Source: an uncultured Clostridia bacterium (GTDB lineage Bacteria; Bacillota; Clostridia; Christensenellales; UBA1242). From it: a DNA stretch of 64,000 bases. Location: the NCBI GenBank assembly GCA_944377415.1, contig CALWEW010000002.1, positions 1-64,000 on the forward strand, given 5' to 3'. Made by a program: the position numbers and the translations under genes. This document shows positions 8,948 to 17,472 of this stretch, one piece after another. Below the pieces are notes generated by a model. It did no database searches. It was not told the DNA's origin and saw nothing but the letters and a program-made list of their open reading frames with translations. Each line of letters opens with the position of its first letter. The first letter of the stretch is position 1.

Positions 8948-9856
8948 ATGAGAATCATTTTAAGCAGAAAAGGGCTTGATAGTGGAAACAGCAAGGCATC
9001 GAATTTAGTTATTATGGACGACACCGGACGAGGAAAAATCTATATGATACCTATTCCGTATGACGAAAAATCAAGTTATATAGCGGATGAAGCATGCTAT
9101 AATAATATTCATTTTTCAAAAGACAAAAATACCAACAATTTAATTAAAAATTATTTATCAGAAAACGGCGCGCCGCCTAGACGCCATTGCCACGCCGACC
9201 CGAATATATCAGATTTTTTTAATTGCAACGAAGCCCCCAATATACCTAAACCGTCCAACTATCCGAAATTCTTAGGTTCTGTCGGGCAGATTAAGGCGTC
9301 GCAAACGCACCTGGAAAATGAACATCACAAGGTAAAAGAAAATGATTTATTCATATTTTTCGGTCGTTTTTCGTTTAAAAAAGCTGAAAATAACGAATTA
9401 ATTACCATAGACCAAGACAAACACTTAATATTTGGCTATTTACAAATTGGAGAAATAATCTATCCGCAAGGGCGTGACAAAGAACGACGGGCGGAAATAG
9501 AACAAAAGTATCCGTGGATAAAATTACAACCACACTGGAATGCTGAAAAATACAAAGATGTCAAAAATAACTGCATTTATGTAGCGCGCGAAAAGTGTAC
9601 TTTTGATGACACAATAAAAGGCTACGGAATGTTTGATTTTAAAGAAGATTTAATCCTTACCGCAAAAGACAAATCACTCTCAAAATGGAATTTACCGCCC
9701 GAGTTAAAGGAATTAAAAATCTCGTACCACAGCGAAAAAAGCGACAAAGGCGATTATTTTCAATCGACTTCGCGTGGTCAAGAATTTGTCATAGAAGAAA
9801 GCAAACAGGCTGAACAATGGGCTATAAATTTAATTAAAGAACACACAAAGAACTAA
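8948..9856 (+). CDS. Hypothetical protein (302 aa); no recognisable family. First gene of a four-gene plus-strand operon.
   Basis: Strong SD (aaaggaggaaat ATG). Non-repetitive, globular-looking sequence (MRIILSRKGLDSGNSKASNLVIMDDTGRGKIYMIPIPY…RRHCHADPN…PWIKLQPHWN…). No P-loop, HEXXH, or obvious nuclease motif seen. Confidence 0.7.
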   Translation: MRIILSRKGLDSGNSKASNLVIMDDTGRGKIYMIPIPYDEKSSYIADEACYNNIHFSKDKNTNNLIKNYLSENGAPPRRHCHADPNISDFFNCNEAPNIPKPSNYPKFLGSVGQIKASQTHLENEHHKVKENDLFIFFGRFSFKKAENNELITIDQDKHLIFGYLQIGEIIYPQGRDKERRAEIEQKYPWIKLQPHWNAEKYKDVKNNCIYVAREKCTFDDTIKGYGMFDFKEDLILTAKDKSLSKWNLPPELKELKISYHSEKSDKGDYFQSTSRGQEFVIEESKQAEQWAINLIKEHTKN

Positions 9857-9875
9857 TATAAAAAGGAGAAAACAA

Positions 9876-10031
9876 ATGTCCATACCATCAAAATGTCCAA
9901 AATGCAAAAATTATGCCATTAAAGATTTAGGAAAATTAGAAAGAAGTTTTTTAGATAAATTAGTAAATGCAACCGAAAACGATAAACACGCCTATCAATG
10001 CAAAAAGTGCGGTCACACTTGGGTTGAGTAA
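9876..10031 (+). CDS. Small zinc-ribbon protein (51 aa; CxxC…CxxC). It is absent from the ORF track because it is under 60 aa.
   Basis: aaaaggagaaaacaa ATG; translation MSIPSKCPKCKNYAIKDLGKLERSFLDKLVNATENDKHAYQCKKCGHTWVE. Its stop is 9 nt before the next gene's start. Confidence 0.55.
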   Translation: MSIPSKCPKCKNYAIKDLGKLERSFLDKLVNATENDKHAYQCKKCGHTWVE

Positions 10032-10040
10032 GGAGTTAAA

Positions 10041-10517
10041 ATGAATTTACTAAATAATGAAAAAATTATAAAACAAGGAAAAGCAAATTTTATAAAAAGC
10101 CGAGTAAATACCTTGGGTGGTACACTTTGTTTAACTAATTATCGTCTTATTTTTGAAGCACACGGTTTTAACTTTGGTGGGAAAACTGTAATCGACTTAA
10201 ATCTAGGTCAACTCACCAGATGTCAATCAGGAAAGATTAGTTTAATGTCGGGACAAATAGAAGTTTTTGATAAAGACCAAAACATTTATACCTTTTCAGT
10301 TTTTGATAGAAAAACTTGGGCTGACACCATAGAACAAGAAATTATTCAATACCGAAATAACCATCAAGAAAATATACGAAATATTAATAATACAACAATA
10401 TTAAAGCAAAGCGATTCTTTGGATAAAATAAAAAAACTTAAAGATTTGTATGACGCTGGAGTCATAACCGAAGAAGAATTCAATAATAAAAAAGCAAAAC
10501 TTTTAGACGAATTATAA
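10041..10517 (+). CDS. Bacterial PH (GRAM/YokE-like) domain protein with a C-terminal SHOCT domain (158 aa).
   Basis: GGTLCLTNYRLIFEAHG…GKTVIDLNLGQL is PH/GRAM-like. The C-terminus KLKDLYDAGVITEEEFNNKKAKLLDEL is a canonical SHOCT motif. SD aaggagtt. Confidence 0.75.
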   Translation: MNLLNNEKIIKQGKANFIKSRVNTLGGTLCLTNYRLIFEAHGFNFGGKTVIDLNLGQLTRCQSGKISLMSGQIEVFDKDQNIYTFSVFDRKTWADTIEQEIIQYRNNHQENIRNINNTTILKQSDSLDKIKKLKDLYDAGVITEEEFNNKKAKLLDEL

Positions 10518-10697
10518 AATCAAATAGTCAATTAGTTCCCTAACTGTAAATTTTGTATTTTTTATTATAATTGCTCTCATTTATGGAACTCAAAAAATTT
10601 TTAAAAAATTTTAAAAATGTTGTTTATTTTCACATTGTTTTCACATATGCGCCTTAAAATGTGCGTGTATTTTTGGAACAAAGGAGCGTAAAAAAAC

Positions 10698-11405
10698 ATG
10701 AAAATTAAACAACTTCTAACTTTGCCGTTTACTATTAATGCTTACATCTCAAATGACGAAACAAAAGCAAAATGCATTCTCTATCGCGACAAAATACATG
10801 CTTTTATAAATCTCAATGATTTGGTGACGAAGCGCACAACCGAAATTATTGATGTCGACCTAAGTAAGCAAAAATCAACAAAAAACGCAACTTTCGAAAA
10901 CAACACGCTTTATATTACATCAGACGGTAAATACAAACTTTTTGGCGCACTTGAAGGCAATATCATAATTGATGCGACTAACGAAGATGTTGAATTATTG
11001 CTCGATAATGCACAAATAGTTTCTAACAAAGGTGCGTGCATTTCATTTACAGAAAATTGCGTAAATTGTTCGATTACTGCACTCGACGATACCGAAAATT
11101 ATCTAATTGACAGTTTGTCAAATGTCGACGGCGTTATAAACTGCCCTAGCAGCCTTACTTTCAGCGGGAAGGGCAACCTGATAGTAACTGCTCTAGGCGG
11201 CGACGGTATCGTAACTAAAAAATTAAAATTGTTCAACGCAAAACTTGACATCTCTGCAACGGGGCGCACAGTTGCCACCGACAACATGGCTGTTATTAAC
11301 TCCGAAATAGTCATTAGTGCAGAAGGTGTTTCATCTACCTCAAACTCTACTGCGGACTGCTTATTAATTCAAGGCAGTCGAATACAAAAAACAGAATACA
11401 AATAA
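10698..11405 (+). CDS. Cthe_2159-like carbohydrate-binding (parallel beta-helix) domain protein (235 aa).
   Basis: …TLYITSDGKYKLFGALEGNIIIDATNEDVELLLDNAQIVSNKGACISFTE…ITALDDTENYLID matches the remembered pattern GTYxLxGxLxDGQIIVDAxDEDVxLILNGxxI…IxLxDGTxNxLxD of that family. SD aaaggagcg. Confidence 0.6.
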   Translation: MKIKQLLTLPFTINAYISNDETKAKCILYRDKIHAFINLNDLVTKRTTEIIDVDLSKQKSTKNATFENNTLYITSDGKYKLFGALEGNIIIDATNEDVELLLDNAQIVSNKGACISFTENCVNCSITALDDTENYLIDSLSNVDGVINCPSSLTFSGKGNLIVTALGGDGIVTKKLKLFNAKLDISATGRTVATDNMAVINSEIVISAEGVSSTSNSTADCLLIQGSRIQKTEYK

Positions 11406-11540
11406 CCTACCTTTTAAACATAATAAATTAACCTCTTCGCTCCCTTCCGAAAATACGGTTCTTTTCGTATGTGTGGCGACAGGCAACACGCCATGCAATA
11501 TAATTTAATATTCCATAATAAAACTTTCCTTTTAAACAAA

Positions 11541-11570
11541 AAGGCACCTCGTGCGCGGGTGCTTTTTTCG
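11541..11570 (+). terminator. Rho-independent terminator (gcacc…ggtgc hairpin followed by tttttt).
   Basis: aaaaaggcacctcgtgcgcgggtgcttttttcg lies downstream of the 10698-11405 gene. Confidence 0.7.
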
Positions 11571-11667
11571 TTTTCCTATCAAAAAAGTAATTCATATTAA
11601 AATACACAAGACAATACTATGCATATCATTTTACGCAGAGTAGTACCTTTTAAATACATAAAAACAA

Positions 11668-11712
11668 AAAAATAGTACTTAATGCTTAATTTGCATAGTA
11701 CTATTTTATATG
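11668..11712 (-). terminator. Putative terminator for the heavy-metal ATPase gene (aatagtact…agtactatt stem; T-run on the minus strand).
   Basis: Minus-strand reading: aaaatagtactatgcaaattaagcattaagtactattttttt. Confidence 0.45.
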
Positions 11713-11735
11713 AATTATTTATTGCCTAATTACAA

Positions 11736-13880
11736 CTAATTTACTGTTACTATTTTCTCTTTTTTTACTCGTTTTTTGCCGAAATTATATTTGAGCAATC
11801 TCAACGAATTGAGAATAGCAAGTAGCGTTACACCAACATCTGCAAATACTGCAACGAGCATGCCTTCGCTGAAAATTCCGCACAATTCAAGAACAATTAT
11901 TACTATTTTTGTTACAAGAGCAAATATAATGTTTGTCCAAACTATTCCACGAGTAAATTTAGATAATTTATGCAAATCTTTAATTTTGCCTGGGTCGTCA
12001 TCAACAACAACTATATCACTTGCCTCGACAGTAGCAGGGCTACCCGACAGCCCCATGCTAATACCTAAATCTGCTCGCGAAAGGCTGGGTGCATCGTTTA
12101 TACCATCGCCCACAAAAGCGATATACTCATTCGCCTTTTCATTTTTTAAATCTTCTTCAAGCAGAGCGTATTTTTGCTCGGGAGTAAGCCCAGACTTATA
12201 TTCATCAATACCGAGAGCATGAGCAACATGAGCGGTTACTTGATTATTATCCCCACTCAACATTGCAAGTTTAACATTCTGCTTTTTCAAATAGTCACAA
12301 ACTTCAACAGAGTTCTCTTTTAATGAGTCCGCTAGCAATATTTTACCGACAGGCTTTTCATTAATCATTACTTGAATACTTGTTAAATCATCCGTCGAGT
12401 CGCGCGAAATATTTCCAACAAAAACGACATCACCTTTATAAGTATAACTTACACCCTTGCCACTATTCTCTACGAAATCAGAAACACTTTCAAGTTTTAC
12501 ACTGTGAGCGCGATGCTGAATTGCGCGCGCAATCGGGTGGATAGAATTCTGCTCACCAAGTGCAGCAAATTTTAAAATATCTTGTGTCGAGTACTTTGTG
12601 TCTAGTGTAATTATATCTTTTACAACAAACTGCCCTGTTGTTAGCGTACCTGTTTTATCGAAAATGATTTTTTTCAATTTTGCTGAAATATCTAAATAGT
12701 TGCTACCTTTAATTAATATGCCGTTCTTGCTTGCCCTTCCTAATGCACTAAAATATGCAAGTGGCACAGAAATTGCGAACGCGCACGGACATGAAATAAA
12801 TAGCAAAATCAGCGCATAATAAATACCTTGCGTAAGTGGTAAACCAAACGCCCACGAACCAAAGAACACAACAACCGCAAGAGCGATTACAGCAATCGTA
12901 TACCATTTTGCAAACTTATTAATGAATGTTTCCGTCTTGCTCTTTTTATCGTTTGCATTATCAATCAAGTCCATAATGCGTGCGACAGCACTTTCTTGAT
13001 ATACGCTTGTAGTTTCGATTTCAAGCACGCCATCAAGCAAAATCGTTCCTGCTAAAATTTTACTTTTTTGGCTCACACTAACAGGCAAACTTTCACCAGT
13101 TATATGGCTAGTATCAACGCTCGCACTTCCGCTTTTGACAATTCCATCAAGTGGAACTCGCTCACCTGGTCGAACTTTTATGATGCTTCCCACTTTAACA
13201 TCTTGTGGTGGAACTTTGTGTTCGTGGTCGCCGTGAACGAGCATTGCAAAATCTGGCTGAATTTCCATCAAATTACTAATACTTTTGCGCGATGAAGCGA
13301 GCACGCTTGCCTCAAGCATTTTGCCAATGCTATATAGTATTATAACCATCAAACACTCTTCAATGCCTTCACCAAGCGCCTCATAACCTTCTTCAACTAT
13401 CGTATTGAATAGCCCAAGTCCATAAGTGCCAAGAACAGCAATAGTTACGAGGAAATTTTCGCCAATAGTCTTATTTTTAAAAAGTTGCACGCCCGCTTTA
13501 TAAGCAGTTTTAAATAGCAAAAACACAACGCCTACGCTGATTAATACAATTTTTGCCGTAACTGGCATAGGAACCAAAAAGCCAATAAAACCAATAATCG
13601 CACCAACTAAAAAGAGTATTAAATCAACTGTAAAAATCTTACGATGCGCGCGATGCTGTGCATTGTCGTGGATAATTTGAGCATCAGGTTCACTGTTATA
13701 CACTGCCCTCTTTAAGTCAGGGAAAAAGTCGTCAGTTCTATCAGTTTCGAATGTCAATTTCATCGTAGCAAAATTATAACTCACATTCTCAAAACCCTTT
13801 ATTCGCGAAATTGCCGTTTCGAGATGTTTAGCACATTGTGCGCAATCGACATTGCGAATTTCGTATACATATTTTTTCAT
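11736..13880 (-). CDS. Heavy-metal translocating P1B-type ATPase (Cd/Zn/Co-type; CadA/ZntA-like), 714 aa.
   Basis: N-terminal HMA domain with a CAQC metal site. TM CPC motif (ISCPCAFAIS). Phosphorylation motif DKTGTLT. Hinge VGDGINDAP. Confidence 0.9.
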   Translation of the reverse strand: MKKYVYEIRNVDCAQCAKHLETAISRIKGFENVSYNFATMKLTFETDRTDDFFPDLKRAVYNSEPDAQIIHDNAQHRAHRKIFTVDLILFLVGAIIGFIGFLVPMPVTAKIVLISVGVVFLLFKTAYKAGVQLFKNKTIGENFLVTIAVLGTYGLGLFNTIVEEGYEALGEGIEECLMVIILYSIGKMLEASVLASSRKSISNLMEIQPDFAMLVHGDHEHKVPPQDVKVGSIIKVRPGERVPLDGIVKSGSASVDTSHITGESLPVSVSQKSKILAGTILLDGVLEIETTSVYQESAVARIMDLIDNANDKKSKTETFINKFAKWYTIAVIALAVVVFFGSWAFGLPLTQGIYYALILLFISCPCAFAISVPLAYFSALGRASKNGILIKGSNYLDISAKLKKIIFDKTGTLTTGQFVVKDIITLDTKYSTQDILKFAALGEQNSIHPIARAIQHRAHSVKLESVSDFVENSGKGVSYTYKGDVVFVGNISRDSTDDLTSIQVMINEKPVGKILLADSLKENSVEVCDYLKKQNVKLAMLSGDNNQVTAHVAHALGIDEYKSGLTPEQKYALLEEDLKNEKANEYIAFVGDGINDAPSLSRADLGISMGLSGSPATVEASDIVVVDDDPGKIKDLHKLSKFTRGIVWTNIIFALVTKIVIIVLELCGIFSEGMLVAVFADVGVTLLAILNSLRLLKYNFGKKRVKKEKIVTVN

Positions 13881-14215
13881 AAATAATCTCTAAACCTTCT
13901 TTTTAAATTTATTTTTTAATATAGTGTTTAGGCTCAATAAAAAACTTTTTTCGCGAGTAATAAAAAAGTCTTTTATTGAATTATAAATAAAAGTCAAAAA
14001 ATATTTATATTAACAAATTTATGCTTCTACCAGAAATAAAAATCTTGTTGTATTATAATATTAAATTACAGCCTTCAAGTCAATAGATTTTTTGAGATTT
14101 TAGTATTTAATTCAAATTAATTGTACTTTATTAAATAATTGTGATAACATGCAATTAATGTATTGTTACTTATCTTGTATTTACGATAAATAATTTCAAA
14201 ATAAAAGGTCAAAAG

Positions 14216-14632
14216 ATGAAAGAAGAAAACACAAAAGTACAGTCAGGTGCATTTCGCAAAGATGTTTTTAAATACGCATTACAAACAAATGGACACGAAC
14301 CTGAATACCTTTGGAATAAATCTCCTAATTTCGCCATTTTTCGCTGTCCGCAAAATAAAAAATGGTACGCCGCAATTATGGACATTACACAAGATAAAAT
14401 CGGTCTTGATGGCACAAACAAGATTGATGTATTAAATGTAAAATGTGAAAAAGAACTTCTCGAACTCTTGCTTATGCAAAACGGATTTTTCCCTGCATAC
14501 CATATGAACCGTGATAATTGGATAACAGTTTTACTAGATGGCTCTATCGATAAGACAACTATTTTTAGTCTGCTTGACATGAGCCTTGAACTCGTAATGC
14601 CAAAAATAAAAAAGAATAAAAAACACAATTAG
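14216..14632 (+). CDS. MmcQ/YjbR-family DNA-binding protein (138 aa).
   Basis: …AIFRCPQNKKWYAAIMDI…MNRDNWITVLLDGS… matches the YjbR signature (the CPxNKKWFA … NKKHWITV blocks). Confidence 0.7.
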   Translation: MKEENTKVQSGAFRKDVFKYALQTNGHEPEYLWNKSPNFAIFRCPQNKKWYAAIMDITQDKIGLDGTNKIDVLNVKCEKELLELLLMQNGFFPAYHMNRDNWITVLLDGSIDKTTIFSLLDMSLELVMPKIKKNKKHN

Positions 14633-14838
14633 AAAACTTTTGTTAATCATTCTTTTCGACACAAAATACCTTAAATTTATAAATTTTTGAAATTATTTTG
14701 AAAATTTTATATTTTGCTATTGACTACTTGCACTTTCGGTGTTAAATTGTGTTTTGTATTAAAAATAAAAATAAAAGATATAAAAGCAAGCGCAACTAAA
14801 AATACTGCTACAAACATTATTGATTAGTAAAGGAAATT

Positions 14839-15282
14839 ATGTACAAAACGAAAGACAACGAGAACTTTAAACTCGAAAAACGAAGGGACTGTTCTGGAAA
14901 AACACCATGTTATTATATAACTGCCCTGTCCGAGCAAAATAAAAAAATAGGCGAACTATCTTTTAAAATTTCAGACAATTCTATTCTTATGCAAAATGAA
15001 GAACACACCGCATGGCTTTACCACATTTGGGTTGCCGAAGAATACTTAAATCGCGGTGTTGGGCACACCCTTATAACCGAATTTGAAAGCACCTGTGCAA
15101 AAAATCAAGTATTTAATATAGAAGCAAAATACTCCCCTTTTGGTGCTGGCGGAATGCGAACAAAAGATTTTTACATAAATCACAACTACACCATAGAAAA
15201 AAATGATTGTGATATGTTTATACTAAAAACTCTACAAAAATCACAAGAAAAGTCATTTAGTGAATTCGAAAAATCAAGATAA
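14839..15282 (+). CDS. GNAT-family N-acetyltransferase (147 aa).
   Basis: Motif A-like HIWVAEEYLNRGVGHTLI. SD aaaggaaat. Confidence 0.65.
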   Translation: MYKTKDNENFKLEKRRDCSGKTPCYYITALSEQNKKIGELSFKISDNSILMQNEEHTAWLYHIWVAEEYLNRGVGHTLITEFESTCAKNQVFNIEAKYSPFGAGGMRTKDFYINHNYTIEKNDCDMFILKTLQKSQEKSFSEFEKSR

Positions 15283-15383
15283 AAAGTAACAGTCCATATT
15301 GTTGAACTTTAAAATCAAAAAACAAATATAAAAGTAAACAAAAAATCTCTTTTGGAAAATCCAAAAGAGATTTTTTAAGCGGC

Positions 15384-15662
15384 CTACTCGTCTTTGGCAG
15401 CTTCAGCCAAAGCCTTTTCGTACTCGTCCAAAATAAGTTTGCTAAGGTTGTCGCGTGTTTCCGTGTTAAGCGGATGAACGATGTCCTTAAAACTTCCTTC
15501 GGGAGTCTTGCGGCTAGGCATAGCGATAAACAAGCCCTGATTGCCTTCGATTACTTTAATGTCGTGCACTGCGAAACAATCGTCAATAGTGAGCGATGCA
15601 ACTGCTTTTAACTTGTTGTCATCTTTCTTGACAATACGAATGCGAATGTCAGTAATTTTCAT
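15384..15662 (-). CDS. spoVG: Septation protein SpoVG (92 aa from the ATG; the ORF track adds an upstream TTG).
   Basis: [73 protein letters not shown] closely matches the SpoVG consensus. Confidence 0.9.
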   Translation of the reverse strand: MKITDIRIRIVKKDDNKLKAVASLTIDDCFAVHDIKVIEGNQGLFIAMPSRKTPEGSFKDIVHPLNTETRDNLSKLILDEYEKALAEAAKDE

Positions 15663-15957
15663 CAAGTCGATGTACCATCCTTTTAAATTATAGCCAAAAG
15701 TAGTAAAGCCACATTCAGCTTAATTTTATAATACACATTTAAATTTTAAATGTCAAACAAATTTTGCCCATTTTCATAACTTTTAAACGAAAAGAAGGCT
15801 AACTCCCTCAAAAATCGCATTAAAATTTCTTGAATTAAAACTTCCTATATTACAACAAAGTAGCGAATTTAAAGCACATAGTCACAATATTAAAGCACTT
15901 ACCTGTCATTTTATATTCAAAAAAATTTTTAAAATTTTTTTGATATTTGTGTATAAT

Positions 15958-16080
15958 ATTCTAAACTCAGGCAATAATAACAATACACAGGCGTATTAAA
16001 GTTCTTACTTAAATTTAACTTTTAAGAAGAAAACGCCTGTGTTTAAATACCACGACACTTTTTAGGTGTCGTGGTATTTT
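15958..16080 (+). ncRNA. Candidate small RNA. There is a promoter-like TG-TATAAT at about 15948-15957. Two hairpins follow (acacaggcgt…acgcctgtgt, and ataccacgacac…gtgtcgtggtat followed by tttt).
   Basis: No ORF on either strand. The transcript unit is closed by an intrinsic-terminator hairpin with a T-tail at 16044-16080. Confidence 0.35.
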
Positions 16081-16382
16081 TATCTTATAATTATTAAAGA
16101 AAATAAACTCTACAAACAAACTTCGCATTACTCACTTAGATTTTGCAACAATTATAAGCAAGTAAAATGTATATATAATGCAGTGTTTGGCTAGGACATG
16201 AAAAAGTGGATATGACACAAGATGTTTACACAAATATTGACCGTAGTATTAGCAAAGAAAAATTAATAAATCTTTATAAAGATTTAATATATCAAATTTG
16301 ACACAGTTTTTGTGCACTTTGTACAGCAAGAAAATAACATTATTTTTTGAATAATAATTAAATGCAAATAATATAGGTAACC

Positions 16383-16600
16383 CTCGGGGGTGCCTGCGAA
16401 ACGAGCGCTGAGCGAACAAGTTACCAACACAAACGGAGCGCACAAAAGCACACCTGTATTTTGCTATAACTAAATTTTTGCAAAAATACATAGAAAACGC
16501 GGGGGTGCCTGCGAAACGAGCATGAAATGCGAGTGAGTAGCCAGCACAAGCGATGTGCGCAAAAGCGCACCTGTATTTTCTGCAAAAATACAGAAAAAGA
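16383..16600 (+). repeat. Two tandem ~90-105-nt direct repeats with an identical 22-nt 5' module (cgggggtgcctgcgaaacgagc), a divergent ~33-nt core, and a conserved 3' module (gcRcaaaagcRcacctgtatttt + hairpin). This is a candidate pair of small RNAs. A promoter-like TTGAAT-16-TAATAT lies at about 16342-16369.
   Basis: Copy 1 is 16386-16475 and copy 2 is 16499-16600; the conserved ends are read directly. No ORF. Followed by the terminator at 16597-16632. Confidence 0.6.
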
Positions 16601-16632
16601 CGAACTTAAAAAGTTCGTCTTTTATCGCTTGT
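16597..16632. terminator. Bidirectional intrinsic terminator (aagacgaac…gttcgtctt) ending the minus-strand tRNA operon and the plus-strand repeat transcript.
   Basis: Minus-strand reading: aaaagacgaactttttaagttcgtcttttt. Plus-strand reading: aagacgaacttaaaaagttcgtctttt. Confidence 0.7.
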
Positions 16633-16707
16633 GGTGACCCAACCGCGACTCGAACGCGGGACAACTTGATTAAAAGTCAAGTGCTCTACCTACTGAGCTA
16701 TTGGGCC
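16632..16707 (-). tRNA. tRNA-Lys (anticodon UUU), CCA encoded.
   Basis: Manual fold: acceptor ggcccaa/ttgggtc, D-arm gctcagtaggtagagc, anticodon stem cttga/tcaag with loop cttttaa, T-arm ccgcg ttcgagt cgcgg, 3' acca. Confidence 0.85.
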
Positions 16708-16738
16708 ATGTCGCGCTTATTAATTCAAGCGCGTTCTG

Positions 16739-16813
16739 TGGCAGGGGTGGCAGGATTTGAACCTACGCATGCTAGAGTCAAAGTCTAGTGCCTTACCGCT
16801 TGGCTACACCCCT
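16739..16813 (-). tRNA. tRNA-Gln (anticodon UUG), CCA encoded.
   Basis: Acceptor aggggtg/cacccct, anticodon stem ctaga/tctag with loop ctttgac, T-loop ttcaaat, 3' gcca. Confidence 0.85.
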
Positions 16814-16844
16814 AAAATGAATTTAGGTTAATCAATCACCTAAT

Positions 16845-16919
16845 TGGCAGGGGCAGAAGGATTTGAACCCTCGAATGCTTGAGTCAGAGTCAAGTGCCTT
16901 ACCGCTTGGCGATACCCCT
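16845..16919 (-). tRNA. tRNA-Gln (anticodon CUG), CCA encoded.
   Basis: Acceptor aggggta/tgcccct, anticodon stem cttga/tcaag with loop ctctgac, T-loop ttcaaat. Confidence 0.85.
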
Positions 16920-16947
16920 ACGAAGCGTTTCTCGCTTCTTTTAAAAC

Positions 16948-17024
16948 TGGGGTGAATAGTGGGACTTGAACCCACGACCTCCAGGGCCACAACCTGGCGC
17001 TCTACCAACTAAGCTATATCCACC
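16948..17024 (-). tRNA. tRNA-His (anticodon GUG) with the extra G at position -1; CCA encoded.
   Basis: g-gtggata…anticodon stem ccagg/cctgg with loop ttgtggc; T-arm gtggg ttcaagt cccac; 3' tattcac-c-cca. Confidence 0.85.
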
Positions 17025-17204
17025 ATGCACGGTGTTTATGCCGTTATCGAAGCTTTATAAAGGAGTTAAAATTTAGCCCGCATACGCGAGAAAACTGCAC
17101 TTTAATAAGCAACCTTTTTACTCGCGCCCGTTCGAGTCCCTGCGACCTTGTCGCCATGCCTTCGGCATTCTGGGCGCTTTGAAGCAAATACAAATTTGCT
17201 TCAC

Positions 17205-17281
17205 TGGTGCGCCCAGAGGGACTCGAACCCCCAACCTTCACCTTAGAAGGGTGTTGCTCTATCCTGTTGAGCTATGGGCGC
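17205..17281 (-). tRNA. tRNA-Arg (anticodon UCU), CCA encoded.
   Basis: Acceptor gcgccca/tgggcgc, D-arm gctcaacaggatagagc, anticodon loop cttctaa, T-arm ggggg ttcgagt ccctc, 3' acca. Confidence 0.85.
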
Positions 17282-17339
17282 AAGAAAAACTCCCCTTATA
17301 AACGCAAAAGCACCTCTTCTTGATATAAGATGCTCAAAT

Positions 17340-17368
17340 ATGATATCACAAAGTGAAAAAATAGTCAA
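17340..17368 (-). promoter_or_regulatory. Sigma-A-type promoter for the tRNA operon (minus strand): TTGACT - 17 nt - TATCAT.
   Basis: Reverse complement of 17340-17368 = ttgactattttttcactttgtgatatcat, about 55 nt upstream of the tRNA-Arg 5' end. Confidence 0.5.
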
Positions 17369-17416
17369 CATTAATTTGACAATTTTTAAAAAATTTATCA
17401 TATTTATTTCACATGA

Positions 17417-17445
17417 TTGACAATTAATTGGCAAATATATAAAAT
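17417..17445 (+). promoter_or_regulatory. Sigma-A-type promoter TTGACA - 17 nt - TAAAAT for the DUF2974 hydrolase gene.
   Basis: ttgacaattaattggcaaatatataaaat, about 28 nt upstream of the ATG at 17473. Confidence 0.6.
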
Positions 17446-17472
17446 GATATTAGAACAAAAAAGGACTATGTC

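Noticed and set aside
16383-16600. Possible CRISPR array (repeated conserved modules with variable inserts).
   Set aside because: There are only two units, each about 110 nt long, and the conserved parts are 22 plus about 30 nt rather than a single 24-48-nt repeat. No cas genes are present in the window. It is reported instead as a candidate sRNA pair.
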